A stretch of 64,000 nt of DNA from Eledone cirrhosa (lineage: Eukaryota): assembly GCA_964016885.1 (NCBI GenBank), contig OZ024743.1:271932001-271996000 (forward strand), written 5' to 3'. The notes beneath the pieces were generated by a model. It worked only from the letters and a program-made list of their open reading frames with translations, had not been told where the DNA came from and searched no databases. Below, one piece after another: positions 29,801 through 43,074 of the stretch; the first letter of the stretch is position 1; each line of letters begins with the position of its first letter. A program made the position numbers and the translations under genes.

Positions 29801-30719
29801 ATGTGCCTAAATCAGAAACCATTATTATTATTATTAAATAATAGTATGCCTATCACCATCACCAAAATTAATTTAGCTGCAAACAGTTTCAAATGAAAAA
29901 AAAAAATTCTGTAATGAAAATTCTGAGATGTAACTGTTTATATCAGTACATTTCAAAACAATTATAACTTGCATAGAAATTTCTTCAATGAGACCTTAAT
30001 AGGTGGGTAAGTCTACAGCAGGATAAAGAGGTATAGTTATAATAGGAGATATACCCATGATGTGAGATATATTTTGAAGTAAAACATTGCCCAAGAAGAC
30101 ACAAACTTGTTTGTATAGAAATATTTCTGGGAATTCTTTTGCTTTAGCTTTGGTCTTGCTTTGTCAGGGTTTATTGTTAAGTACAAAATAAAATCTGAAT
30201 TTAGATGAAAACTTTAAAACGGATGCCACTTGTCTAGCTGAATGTATGTGTATGTCTGCTTGTGTATGAGTATATATATATGTGTGTGTTTGTATATACA
30301 TTTAAGTGTATATACTTGAGTGTGCATGCATATCTAGATTTGTATGTGCATGTGTGAATGTATATATGTGTGTGTGTTGGTGTGTGTATATATATTAATT
30401 ATGTATACAAAAGAAAAAGAGAAGTTTGGTTTAGTATTTTGTAGAGAAACCAAAAAAAAACCAAAAAAACCCCAAAAAGATTAGGAAGAAAAAATATAAA
30501 TAAATAAAAATTAATACATATAACTATAAACCAGTAACCCCCCCCCCCACACCAAAAAAAACCCCTAAAAAAACAAACAACCCCATTAGCAAGATTTCAG
30601 CACCCCTCCCCCACTATCCCACCCATCCCAACATGACTGCAGTTTCAGGTATGACAGGTTTATTTTTTGGTATTTAACAGTGGACATTGAGGTGATTATG
30701 TGATGATGTGTTAATGTTG

Positions 30720-30892
30720 TTATCGTTGTTTCTTGTTGTTGTTTACAAGCATTCCATTAATGGGCAGTGTGCTGTAGACAGTTGGAGTACAAGCGTAGAA
30801 GGTGACGTTTCGAAAATCGTAAGCAGCTGTCATATGGAAGCCCATATTGGTGTAGGCAATCACATACTCACACAGAGAGAACCAACTGAAGG
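30720..30892 (-). CDS. PGAP2: PGAP2-like (Frag1/DRAM/Sfk1 family), last coding exon
   Basis: Acceptor ctcctctatttgcAG, phase 1. (A)FSWFSLCEYVIAYTNMGFHMTAAYDFRNVTF...KQR* matches the PGAP2 C-terminal EY.....NM.FHMTA..DF motif. Confidence 0.9.
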
Positions 30893-30984
30893 CTGCAAAT
30901 AGAGGAGAGTGAGAGAACATTGAGAACAAGTGTTAATGTAATGAGAGAGAGAGATGATCTTTATAATTGGTTGAAGTCATTCTC

Positions 30985-31742
30985 AGTCGAAAAGAGGTAG
31001 TCATAGTTTTAGAACAGCATTCTTCACCCCATGAGATGATATCTGGTGTACCACAGGGATCTGTTCTTGGTCCCTTTTTGTTTGTTGCATAAATTAATGA
31101 CATAGATGCCAACTTAAAGAATGCCACAGTCCTGAAATACACAGATAACATCAAGCTGTACTTTGAAATATAAAGGACAGAACCTGCAATGAGACCTGGA
31201 CACAATGCAGCAATGGACTATGGACTAGCAACTCAAGCTGGCTGTTGACAAGTGTACCACCATGCATAAGTGTACCACCTCTACAACACCAATCTCAAGA
31301 AGCCTTCTTGTGAACATTATTGTCAGTGGATTGGCAGTATCGGTAGAGGATCGGACACCATGTTTTGACGCAATAGAGTTACGGCCCTTGCCATTCTGAG
31401 TTCAAATCCCGCCGAGGTTAACTTTGCCTTTCATCCTTACGGGGTCGATAAAATAAAGTACCAATAATGCACTGGGATAATTGCTGGCCTTGTGCCAAAA
31501 GTAGAAACAATTATTGTCAATAGCAATTTGTATCGTCAAGAAAGCCGAGGGTGTCTTAGCATCAGTCAGTAAGACCTTTGTCAGCCGCTCTGCAGCTATC
31601 TATTTAAAGCTGTACATAGCTATGGTGCTGTTATACTGTTCACTTTCCTGACATTTGTACATTTTTCTATGTACTATACATGCACTTTTGATGAGTTGTA
31701 GTGAACCTGAGCACTGTACACAAAGCTTTTCATTATTATTAT
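30985..31742 (+). mobile_element. CR1/L2-group RT relic interrupted by a SINE-B
   Basis: SGVPQGSVLGPFLFVA*INDID...KYTDNIKL; SINE-B at 31325-31514 flanked by an ATTATTGTCA duplication. Confidence 0.75.
31325..31514 (+). mobile_element. SINE family B, full length; other copies at 42298-42490(+), 42830-42955(+), 47073-47258(-), 48800-48895(-), 55718-55903(+), 56830-57045(+), 57350-57500(+), 59370-59575(-)
   Basis: tRNA-like head, conserved GCCTTTCATCCTTACGGGGTCGATAAAATAAAGTACCA core, ATT tail, target-site duplications on several copies. Confidence 0.85.
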
Positions 31743-32129
31743 ACAATTATTATTATAAGTGAGGAAGTGAGTGACTGAACATATAGATAAAGTGAGAGAA
31801 TATGTAGATAGAGTAAGTGGAGGAGTGAGTGAGTAAGTGTGTGTGAGAGTGAGTGAATAGATAGAATTGATGAGAGAGTGACTGAGTGAATATGTTGATA
31901 AAGTGAGTGAGTGGTTAGGTAAATAGTGTGAGGGAGGAAGTGAATAGGTGAGTGAGAAAGTGTGAGAGGGTGAGTGAGAAAGTGTGAGAGGGTGAGTGAG
32001 AAAGTGTGAGAGGGTGAGTGAGAAAGTGTGAGAGGGTGAGTGAGAGAGTGTGGGAGGAGTGAGTGAATAGGTAAATAAAGTGAGTAATTAGGTAAATAGA
32101 TTAAGATGAAAAAAATATGCACTATGTAT

Positions 32130-33150
32130 ATATGAGTATTGTGCAAAAGGCTGGTTGTATGGTGCCTGCATGTGATATTGCATGGCAGCGAAACATGGAC
32201 AGTAAATGCAAAGACTATGTAAAGGCTGGACAAAACCATATCAAGCATGCCCCAATAGATGTGCAATGTAAATGTGCATGAATGAGGAAACATAGATGAG
32301 CTGAGAGAAAAACTGGATATAAGAAAAATCAAATGTAATATGCAAGAGGGGAGACAACACTGGAATAGATGACTAGCAGTGGTACCTGGCGTTGCACGGG
32401 ATAAGGTATTTTGGAACGCGGGCCGCGAACAGTCCTAATCGTGAAAAAACTGCATGCCTCGACAATATGTAAAGAAAATAAACCGAATACTCTGATGGCT
32501 GGATAATCTTTAAGATTTTCCTCGATGAAGCAGGAAAAATGCTGGTTTTAACCTAATGCGGGCCCTAGGGGATCAAGAAAATGAATTTTTTTTTATGTGC
32601 ATGATATGCCTTGAAATTTCGGGAAAATCGGCTAGACGTAATGCCTCAAAAAAGCCCTAAAAAGCTGAAAAAATGAAATTTTTCACCTAATGCAGGCAGC
32701 AGGCAGCCAGAGATACAGACAGATATTATAAGGGCACGATGTTATATGTATGTATCTATCTAAAAAGAGAAAGACTAAGAATTATAGAGAGAGATCGCTA
32801 AATCGCCTAATGCGGTCCCTAGGGCATTGAAAATTTGAAATTTTTTTTGCTCAGAACACTCCCTGAAACATAAGTATTTCATGTGTAAAGTTTGAAAACA
32901 GTCGGTTGGGTAGTTCTCTAGTTTTAGGAATTCATACTCACACACACACAGACAGACATCCTCAGTTTTATATATATAGATAATTGTTGGTTGAAGAAGT
33001 GCCAGGAGTTCTCAGTAGAAGGAAGCTGCAGTAGAGGAAGACCAAGGAAGATCTAGGCAGAGGTGGTGTGAGTGAATCTCAAAATACTGAACATCACAAA
33101 AGAGATGAAGAAGGAACACGACAAATGGAAGGCACTGTAGTGGAACAACC
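32130..33150 (+). mobile_element. Old RTE 3' fragment split by a Helitron
   Basis: LHGSETW before the insertion and DNCWLKKCQEFSVEGSCSRGRPRK after it. Confidence 0.7.
32373..32980 (-). mobile_element. Non-autonomous Helitron
   Basis: Minus strand 5' TCTATATATATAAAACTGAGGATGTCTGTCTG, 3' CCCGTGCAACGCCAGG hairpin + CTAG; inserted between A and T with no TSD; CpG-rich. Confidence 0.85.
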
Positions 33151-33489
33151 CATGCACTTTTTAGTTTATTTGATTGATTATGTGTGGACCCATAACCCTT
33201 GATGGAGTTGAATGAGTGCTGTAGTGATATATGGCATGCCTTGGACACCTTAAACCTGACAGAGTCCATCCTCTTTCTAGGTCTGAAGACTGCTGATTTC
33301 TTCCAGAGAAAGAGAGAGGAAGAAATGGATAAAAGACAAAGTCGGGATTTCAACTTAGAGTGCATGAATACCATAAAATATTCTATCCGAAATTCTAACG
33401 ATTGTCGATTTTCCACCAATTTAATTTGTAAAGAGTCATAGATGAAAGCCTCCCACTTTATCTGATTAATCAGATCTATAATATTCTCC

Positions 33490-33625
33490 ATCTTAGATTC
33501 TTTCTTGGACGCTGGCAGAATTGGCTACCTACAGGAGCGAGCCCCACAAGTTGGAATGTCTATTCCAATGTATCTCCCTCACCATCCTCTGGAGTAACAT
33601 TTTCCCCATTTTATCGGCTGGGACC
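33490..33625 (+). mobile_element. CRE-type LINE C-terminal relic (tentative)
   Basis: E.CLFQCISLTILWSN..PIL resembles the CRE terminal E..LFQR.S..I.RGNA..IL motif. Confidence 0.45.
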
Positions 33626-34114
33626 ACGAGATGGCCTGTACATGGGCTCTCACACACAAGTGAACGCTGTCCCACTCCGTCTGTGCCCGCATCACTGGGG
33701 CAGCAATACTGAATTGGTCAATTAGTAGTTTCATTGTAAAAGTGAGAAACAACTATACATTATATGAACATAATAATATTGTAAATCCAGTTTTAAACTG
33801 CTTGCTTTAATCTTTGATTACTTTAATTTTCTTAATTATTTCATATTAACTATCGTATTTTAATTATTTTTAGTTATACTTTGAATCATTATAACATTTG
33901 TTTGGATTAATTGATTTAATGTATAACTTCGTTCGGGAAGACCAAACACGCAAATCTTCAAGGGATGTAACTTCTTTTTTAATCCTACACACTAATTTAG
34001 CTCCCTTACTTCAGATCAAATATTTATTCCTATTCCATTTACAACCGGAGGTTACCACAAACTAAATGGTTATGACAGCAACATAACAATTATTTTGTAA
34101 ACACACATATGTAT

Positions 34115-34905
34115 CACCATCATCACCGTTTTCGCGTCTGTTTTTCCACGCTAGCATGCGTTGGACGAGTCCTTTTCAGCAAACTCTTACCACTTGTCTC
34201 ATTCCTTTGACCTCTCTTCTGTAAGTCTCAGCAATTTTAAATCAGGTTTCACCCCCTCCGCCCAGGTCTTCCTTGGTCTACCTCTATTGCAGCTTACTTC
34301 TAATGGGATTTACTGTCATTTCTTCACCCAGCCATCATTATCCATGTGCATCACATGCCCATACCAATGCAGTCTTCTCTCTTGCACACCTCTTTGGCTT
34401 CTTCTTAAACCCAGTTTCTCCTCCAGTTCATCCAATCTCTGTCTTTCTCTCACATTTACATTACACATCCAACGAAACATGGGTGCTTCATTTCTCTCCA
34501 GCCTACGCATGTCCTCTGCAGTTTTCTTTCCTACTTACTAGCACATTAGTTTTGGCTAAGTTTACTCTCAGACCTTTTGATTCCAAATTCTGTTTCCATA
34601 GTCAGAACTTATTATCTAGTTCTTTTATGGATTCAGCTATAAGGACCAGTCTTAAACTCCTCTGTCATGACCTGCATAACTATGAGGAATAGCAGTGGGC
34701 TAAGAACCGAACCTTGATGAACTCCTACTTCTGCCTTGAATTCCTCACTAAACTCACTTCCTTCTCTCACTTTACTGAGCTCTTCTATATATGATTTGCA
34801 CTGCTCTCACAAGCCATTCTTCCACACCTAATCTTCTTAATGATCACTAGATTACAAAAGAAGTTCTTATCCAAGAATAAGCCACTATATTTGGCTTTTG
34901 TTGAT
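34115..34905 (-). mobile_element. RTE LINE relic
   Basis: MRRLERNEA...WMC...QERRLHWYGHV...GRPRKTW plus upstream RT fragments. Confidence 0.8.
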
Positions 34906-36009
34906 CTAGAAACATTTTATTCATGCTCAGAGTTGCTGAAGCATGGAACAAACTTCCTGCATTAGTTATTAGCTGTCGAAACACTGCATCCTTTAAAACC
35001 TCCATGCTTTCTGAGATTCGCCAAACACTGCACCTAATATCCCCCCTCCATACACATACACACATGTATATCATGACTCATACACTATACTGCTATTCCT
35101 CATAGTAACTTAGGGTAAAGATAAAAGACATGAAGTAGATAATCTTAATTGAAGAGAGTGGAGAAGCAGCTTGCTCAAGGTTCAGACACTGTCAGCAGGC
35201 TGTGGCTTCTCTTATTAAAGTGGTGGCGACTAAGGTAGCAGAACATCGTGGCGTTATGCAAGCAAACAAACAGAATAGCTGAGTAATATCAGGGGACATA
35301 ACCCACCAAATAAATACTCATACAAATTTAACTCCCTTAGTCCAAGTTGAAATATATTTTTTTTTTTTGTTTTTTTAGCCATTGCAACTGCCAACTGGAA
35401 ATTAGTTCCAATTGAATGACCAAGATAGTCCAAATAAACATTTTGACTGAACGGTTTTATCTTCATCTACTGAATTTTGGTCGATAAATTTTCTATTGAA
35501 AATGTAGCCCATTGCTTATAAATAAAATTCATAGTATCAAACCTTGACTGATTTCATGTGATTCTTCTTCATCTCAATCCTGCCTCTAGTCCATCTATTT
35601 TCTCACCCCTACCCACTCCTTCCCAAAGTTTATAAATTTCCTGTCTTTCTTGAACTGGCAGCAGAGCAGTTAAGTTCAGTTAGCTTTCGTCTCCTTTATC
35701 ACTTTTTGTTTTAGTTCAAGGACTGCTGTTCAAACGATTTTACCTAATATCTTTTTTTTTTCTGTCTTCATACATGGCTATATTTTTGGCACATTATGTT
35801 CTATCTTATGATTCTGATTGGTTTTCAGTTTGCAGCAACGTATGGTTTGTATGCCCTCCTTTTGCCTCATCTTCCTTGTTAATCAAAAGATAATATTGTA
35901 TTTTGTGCTATGGTATGTTATGTTTTTCTTATATTTCAATCTCTAACAACTAATTTCAGTGCTAATGCATTGAGATGAACGATACTATTCATATAATGCA
36001 CCAAAAACA

Positions 36010-37835
36010 TGGAGTTTCCCAGCAAATAGTTGATGAGAAGTACCTAGCTAAAAGTAAGCCCCTCTGCTTGGCATTTGTTGATCGGGAGAAAGCATTTGAC
36101 AGTCCCCCGTTCCATAATCTAGTGGGCTCTTAGAAAACTAGGGGTAGATGAGTGGTTTGTGGAGGTAGTACAAGTCAAGTACAGAGGAGCAAGATTAGAA
36201 TTAACAATGATTATAGTTAGGAATTTAGTGTGCATATAGGAGTCCATCAGGGCTCTGTTCTTAGCCCTTTCTTGTATATTGTCACCTTGCAAGCTATAAT
36301 GGAGGAGTTTAAAACTGGTTGCCCATAGCTGAACTTATGGCAGAATTAAAGAAGAAATTCCAAACTTGGAAGCATATGCAAGAAGCAAAAGATCTTAAAG
36401 TGAAAAACAGAGCCCAGATCCCTTCCAGGAAATGGCCGTGTCCAGAGTACAGGAAAGGAGTAGGTAGAAATTCTATCCTATGTCCCAAAAGCAAACTATG
36501 GGTACACAAGAGAGGTTGTGTGATCTCAGGCAGGCTAACAAAGAATATAGGTTATAAATGTGGTCAATGCACAGAAGCAATAAGAGCTCACAGAGAACAA
36601 GCCTCTTTAAATGCTCAGAGGGATTCGTAGAAGCAGCTTCTGTTACCTGGGTAACCAAATTAGCAATGGAGGTGGGCATTCTGAAAATACAGTAATCAGA
36701 GTGAGAACAGGATGGAATAAGTTCAGGGAGCTACTACGTCTTCTAGCAACAAAAGGTTTTAGCCTCAAAATGTAAGGCAGATTGTATGACACTTGTGTAC
36801 AAACAGCAAAGATGCATGGAAGTGAGAACTGGGCACTGTGTGCAGAAGACCTATGAAGATTGGAGAGAAATGAAGCTTGTATACTCCAGGGGATGTGTAA
36901 TAATAGTGTGCATGAACGTCAAAGTGTCAATGATCTGAGAGAGAAACTAGGCATAAAAGGTGTCAGATGCCGTGTACAAAAGAGTATATTGCAGAGGTAT
37001 GAGCATGTGATGCATATGGAAGATGACAGCTGTATAAAAAGGTGCAGGATGCTCAAAGTCAACTATGGATGAAGAAGTCTCAGGAAAGCTTGGGATAAAA
37101 TGATAAAAGCTGACCTTGCCTAATTAAATCTCACAAAGGACACAGGATCGAGATATCTGGTGTCATGTTGTCCTTCAGAAGACCTGCCTTCCCATGTACA
37201 CAATGAAATAAATGTGTAGAGGACACTAGTCTACACCAATATTCTCTTTACCCCTCACCAGCTAAATATACCACATATCTCATCTATGTTAAACTTGCTT
37301 ACTTGTCCCCCTGCATCCCTAAACCCTCACAATACACTTCTCCTGCCCAGCCCTTGCATACAAGCATAAAAGCTGAACACACCTACATCTGATCTCCCAT
37401 AATGCCATTGCCACAATAAAAAACACTAAGTCCTCACTGCATGCTGATCTTGGGACACAACAAAAGTATTCAGTCCACCCTATAAGGTGATCATGTTGGT
37501 GACATGAGAAAAAGCACCAAGCCCACCCCGTAAAATGGTCATGCTGGTGATGTGACAAAAAGCACACAGTCCACCCTATAAGGTAATCATGCTAGTGACA
37601 TGACAAAAAAAGCAGCCTGTTAGATGGTTGTTTTGATGCCACAATATAAAGCACCCAGTCAACACTGCAATGTGGTTGGCATTAGGAAGGGCATTAAGCT
37701 GTAGGAGCCAAGCAAAAATACAAGTCTGTATGAGCAAGACGTAGGTCACCTGACTTGACTTCTCTCATAATGTGACAACCCTTCTAACCCATGCAAGCAT
37801 GGAAAAATATATGTTAAATGATGATGATAATGATA
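36010..37835 (+). mobile_element. Degenerate RTE LINE (RT with PHD insert, C-terminus, 3' UTR)
   Basis: [59 protein letters not shown] tail; many stops. Confidence 0.85.
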
Positions 37836-38168
37836 AACATACATACATACATGCATATAGACATACATGCATACAGACATACATGCATATAGACATACGT
37901 ACATATGTATACATATGTTGTCATCATTTTGATGACAATTTATACACAATGGCATGATTAGATGGGACTTTTTGAGGCAAAGCTTTACAGCCAGATGTCC
38001 TTCCTAATAACAACCCATCGAGTCACCTCTTAGAACACACAGGGATACAGTGTACAGACTCAGTCAACTTGTAGGCCGATCAAAATTACTATACAAACTC
38101 TGTACCTAAACATGCATTGAGTACTACCCCTATCAGTAGTCTTCCTAATCTATATACTGCAAGCACTT

Positions 38169-38199
<31 letters not shown>

Positions 38200-38911
38200 T
38201 CTATATATATATATATCACTATAAATGTAGTTGGCTTTAGGAAAGGCATCAAGCCATAGAAACCAAGCGAAATACAGTTCTGTATGAGCAAGACATGGTC
38301 ATCTGACCAGACTTGTCTCACAATAGGAAAACTCGTCTAACCCATGCTAGTGCAGAAAAATGGGTGTTAAACAAAGATGAAGATGATATATGGGGGAACA
38401 GAGAGCAAGAAAAAGAGGTAGAAAACCAAATACAGAATCAATTCAACAACCACCACCACCTCATAAACATACACACACACTTGTACATGCATATATTTAT
38501 TCATACATACATACATACATACATACATACATACATTCACACATATATACATACACCCCCAAAATTAAATACCAAAATAGAAAATAAAACAAAAAGAAAG
38601 TAATGAAATTCACAAAACACACACACACACACACATATATATATGTATTGACAGTTGCATAATAGAAGAAGAAAGAGGAAAATGAAGCGGAAAGATTGAT
38701 TGAACAACTGGAAAGAATGGATGGTAGGAGAAGGAGAGGTGGTGAATGAGGAGGAAGATGAGGGTGAGGAGAGAGAAGGAGAAAGAAGAGGAGAGAGGAT
38801 GGGGAGAGAGAAGGAGAAAGAAGAGGAGAGGGGATGGGAGAAAAAAGAAGAGGAAAAGTCAAGAGGATGGAGAGGAGGGGGAGGAAGAAAGAGAAAGAGC
38901 ATATTTTTTAC

Positions 38912-39020
38912 CTAATGGTTCGCAGTGAAAACGGTGCTTCACAAAGAAGAACAAGAGACCAGCAGTAGCAACCATTATACTGCAAAACATCAGCACTTTC
39001 CACTTGAAAGATTTCTCATC
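38912..39020 (-). CDS. PGAP2: PGAP2-like internal exon (109 bp)
   Basis: ttgttgctttcAG|DEKSFKWKVLMFCSIMVATAGLLFFFVKHRFHCEPL|GTaaaa; phase 0 in and phase 1 out, matching both neighbours. Confidence 0.9.
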
Positions 39021-39129
39021 CTGAAAGCAACAAGAATTGAAAGAATGGGTTATATTTGGTTTAAATATACACTACACATATTATCTTCTCCTCCCCTCTC
39101 TTTCTCTCTCTATATATATTTATATATAT

Positions 39130-39162
<33 letters not shown>

Positions 39163-39252
39163 CACACACAGCTTCCAAAATTCATAACTAAAATGCTTTC
39201 AAATATTTATTTTAAACAAACCATATATCATTAGATATACAAAATATACATA

Positions 39253-39287
<35 letters not shown>

Positions 39288-39676
39288 CTATGTTGAATCA
39301 AAAACTTTAATTCTATTTTCAGGCCAAGCTGGCCAGCAGCTCCAGATGCAAATGAGGCTAATCAGCCCATGTACATAGGCGTCAAAACTATATATTTTTG
39401 CCTATATTGAATTCCAGCAGACAGCAGGGTAGAGGAAGCACAGCCTTGATAACAACCACCAGCCAGAAACGATCGTCAATAGTTACCCTCTCGTGCTTCT
39501 GCTGGAATTCAGTAGATGGTGCTAGTCATCAGCTTCCAACGTTCATAGCTAAAATGTTTTCAAATGTTTATTTGTAAACACACCGTATATCATTAGATAT
39601 ACAAAATACACAGATATTTTATATATATATTACTTCATGGTCCATTTCATCGTTTAAAATTGGAATATGTGCCAAC

Positions 39677-40600
39677 ATGTCCTGGGAGGGCTCTGTAGAA
39701 ACAGTAGACAGCTTCTGCTACCTAGATGACCGAATTAGCACCGGAGGTGGGTGTTCAGAAAGTACAATAACTAGAGTAAGAACAGGATGGAAGAAGTTCA
39801 GGGAACTACTGCCACTGCTAGCTGCAAAAGGCTTCTCCCTCAAAATGAAAGGCAGACTGTATGATGCGTGTATCCGAACAGCAATGTTACATAGTAGTGA
39901 GACCTGGGCGGTGAATGTGGAAGACTAACGTAGATTAGAAAGAAACAAAGCCTTCATGCTCCGATGGATGTGTAATAGTAATATACGCGAACGGCAAAGC
40001 ATAAATGAATTGAGAGAGAGACTGAGCATCAGAGGAATCAAATGCTGTGTGTAGGAGAGGCGGATGCGTTGGTATGGAGATGTGATGCGTATGAAGGATG
40101 ACAGCTACATAAAAAGGTGCAGAGCACTAGAAGTCAATGGAAGCTGCGGAGTGGGGAGACCCAAGAAGATCTGGGATGAGGTGATAGGGGCCGACCTTAC
40201 CCAATTACACCTCTCAAAGGCGATGACACACGACCGTGACCTCTGGCATCACGCAGTAATACAGAGTACCCGACCTCCCATGGGTACAAGCTGAAGCATA
40301 TAGACAATATGCCCCTACACCCTCCCATTGCAAAGTGGTCGTGGAGGTGCCACGGCAAAAAAGCACCCAGCCCACACGGTAAAGTGGACGTGTAGGCGCC
40401 ACGGAAAAAAGCACCCAGCACTCACTGTAAATGAGGTTGGTGTTAGGAAGGGCATCCAGCTGTAGAAATCAAGCCAAAATCAGTTCCTGTATGAGCAAGG
40501 CATGGTCAGCCGATCAGACACTGCCCACAACAGGACAACCCGTCTAACCCATGCTAGCATGGAAGAACGGACATAAAACGGTGATGATGATGATGATGAT
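39677..40600 (+). mobile_element. 5'-truncated RTE LINE with complete 3' UTR
   Basis: [10 protein letters not shown]...RWYG.VMRM...GRPKK.W, then the UTR and (TGA)n. Confidence 0.9.
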
Positions 40601-41628
40601 GTCCTCTAAGAATAATCACAATTGACTTACCTTCCCTTTGGTGTCAAGTCACATGACACTAAAGGTCAAGTTTACAATTGCACTGGCCGAGGTATATTGG
40701 AACAATGTGTGGACAGCTGATCTGTTCCGGGATGAGGGGTGGGGGCAATTCCCCACTGATGATGCTACTGTAAGCCAACTAATTTCTGTGCATGGTAGTT
40801 CCATTTGGATTGTCGCTAGCAGATAGTCACAGAAATTAATGCAGTGGTCAGGGACCGAAAAATCAAATTTTCTACCCACACTGTAGGATGCCTGTGTGTG
40901 AAGTGCGATGCGGCATGGTAGTGAAACATAGGCAGTGACTGCAGGGGACATGTGTAGGCTGGAGAGAAATGAAGCAACTGTGCTTCATTGGATATGCAAT
41001 GTAAATGTGAGAGAAAGGCAGTGGTTGGACAAACTGAGGGAGAAACTGGTTTTTAGAGAAATCCGAAGTGGTGTGCAAGAGAGAAGACTACGTTGGTATG
41101 GATATGTAATGTGGTCATGTAAGATTATTTGATAGAGTACGTAGCTCAGAAAGTCACTCCAGGTTGAGCTGCTACTGGCCCAATTTGAGGGATCATAGCT
41201 CCAATATTATGGACATGTGGTTAGAATGTCTCAGTAAAGAAGCACTGGACAGATTTTATGGGCAAAACCAACCGACAGGAAACCCAGAAGTAGATCCCAA
41301 GCAAGATAGTTGGAAAACATCCATAGGCTCAGCTGTTCTTGTTTGAGGGTCCAGCCAGATCAATTTGAGATAGTTGCTTCTGACAAAACACTAGAAGGCA
41401 TGTCTGAAGACTGTCTTCATGACCCTCCTAGGTGGCCGAAGAAGAAGAAGAGAAGAACTAAGTTGTTTAATAAATAGAGATTGATGAAATAAGTACCAGA
41501 ATTTTAAAAATACATACAGACTTGGGTCAATATGATCAACAAAAACCTCATGAAGGTTGTGCTTCATGATGGCTGCAGTCCAACAATTGAAACCAGTAAA
41601 TCAGTAAAATAGAAAAGATAATACTTAC

Positions 41629-41732
41629 TGCTTCAGTGGCCTTATCTCTAGTCCAGCGGAACAGGATTGTGTTTAATAACATGTAACATAGAGAGGTTGC
41701 CATAAACATGATGAATATTTTCTCATGGATGG
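41629..41732 (-). CDS. PGAP2: PGAP2-like internal exon (104 bp)
   Basis: ttacattttcAG|(P)IHEKIFIMFMATSLCYMLLNTILFRWTRDKATEA|GTAAGT; matches the PGAP2 IHE..FI.F...SL..ML motif. Confidence 0.92.
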
Positions 41733-42495
41733 CTGAAAATGTAATAAATAACAATTGAGTGAGAGTGTTTTGGATGAAGTATAACAGATAAGATAGGTGA
41801 AAAACTATGAAGGTGTGTGCAGCTGATTAAGAGAGGTGGCAACTGAAGAGTATATAGGGCACTCTGCTTGCAGTAATGGGTGGGTCTTTTCCAGGTCCAC
41901 GAGATGCCAATCACCATGGTCCTTTGCCATCACTGTCATGAATTCAGCTTCCTGTACTATGATATTGTTGAATTTCTGTTGTTTTCGATGACAAGTGCTA
42001 GTGTTGATAGAATCTACAGAACTGCTTGCTCGAGAAATTTATATCTAAGTGGCTGAGCATTCAATAGACATGTATTCTTAATGTAATTCTCAAGGAGAAG
42101 CAATATGACACAATGTGTGACAAAGCTGGCCCTTTGAATTACAGATATAACTGGATGGACTAGAACAACATGAAATAAAGTGTCTGGTTGAAGGTCACAA
42201 TACACAGCCAGCCTAGGAATCAAACTCATGACATTACAATAGTGAGTTAAACACCCTGACCACTAAGCCATGTTCCTTCATTATTATAACTAGCAGATTG
42301 GGCGGTGGATTGGCAGTATCGGTAGAGGGTCGGACGCCATGCTTTGCAGCACAGTTACGTCCCATTACGGACTGAGTTCAAATCCCGCCGAGGTTAACTT
42401 TGCCTTTCATCCTTACGGGGTCGATAAAATAAAGTACCAGTTATACCCTGGGATAATTGCTGGCATTGTGCCTAAAGTAGAAACAATTATTATAA

Positions 42496-43053
42496 CTAGC
42501 AGAAAAACCACCCTTCGGTGATGTAGATATGATACATCAAATAAAATCGTAATTGACAATATATAATACATAGAAATTGAACGAAGACTGCGTTACACTG
42601 TCTTATTTAATCAGTAATGTAATCCATGATACATTAAAAAAGACGATATTATATATAAACTGCATTAGGAGAAAATTAGTGACAGAAAATTAGTATGTTT
42701 ATTTAAGCGAGGGCCAACCGGAAGTGTTGACATTTCAGAAATTTTAAAGATGTGAATCTATAAATAAACAAAATATATTTAATCAACAGCCACGAAATTT
42801 AGTAGATAAATTATGTAATATTTATTCATTATGCCATTCTGAATTCAAATCCCGCTGAGGTTAACTTTGCCTTTCATCCTTACGGGGTCGATAAAATAAA
42901 GTACCAGTAATGCACTGGGTAATTGCTGGCCTTGTGCCAAAAGTAGAAACAATTATTTATTCAAAGTAATCCAACTTATTTTACAAACGGGTAAAAAAAA
43001 AATAAACCGTACGCAATCCCACAGACCTTCCTTTATTATAGTTTAGATATAGA
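42496..43053 (-). mobile_element. Non-autonomous Helitron containing a SINE-B insertion
   Basis: Minus strand 5' TCTATATCTAAACTATAATAAAGG, 3' CACCGAAGGGTG hairpin + CTAG, A|T site; internal SINE flanked by a TATTTATTCA duplication. Confidence 0.75.
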
Positions 43054-43074
43054 TTGTATATTATTAAGGTGTTA

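Noticed and set aside
38690-38900. Glu/Arg/Gly-rich ORFs
   Set aside because: Purine-rich low-complexity intron sequence next to the exon donor.
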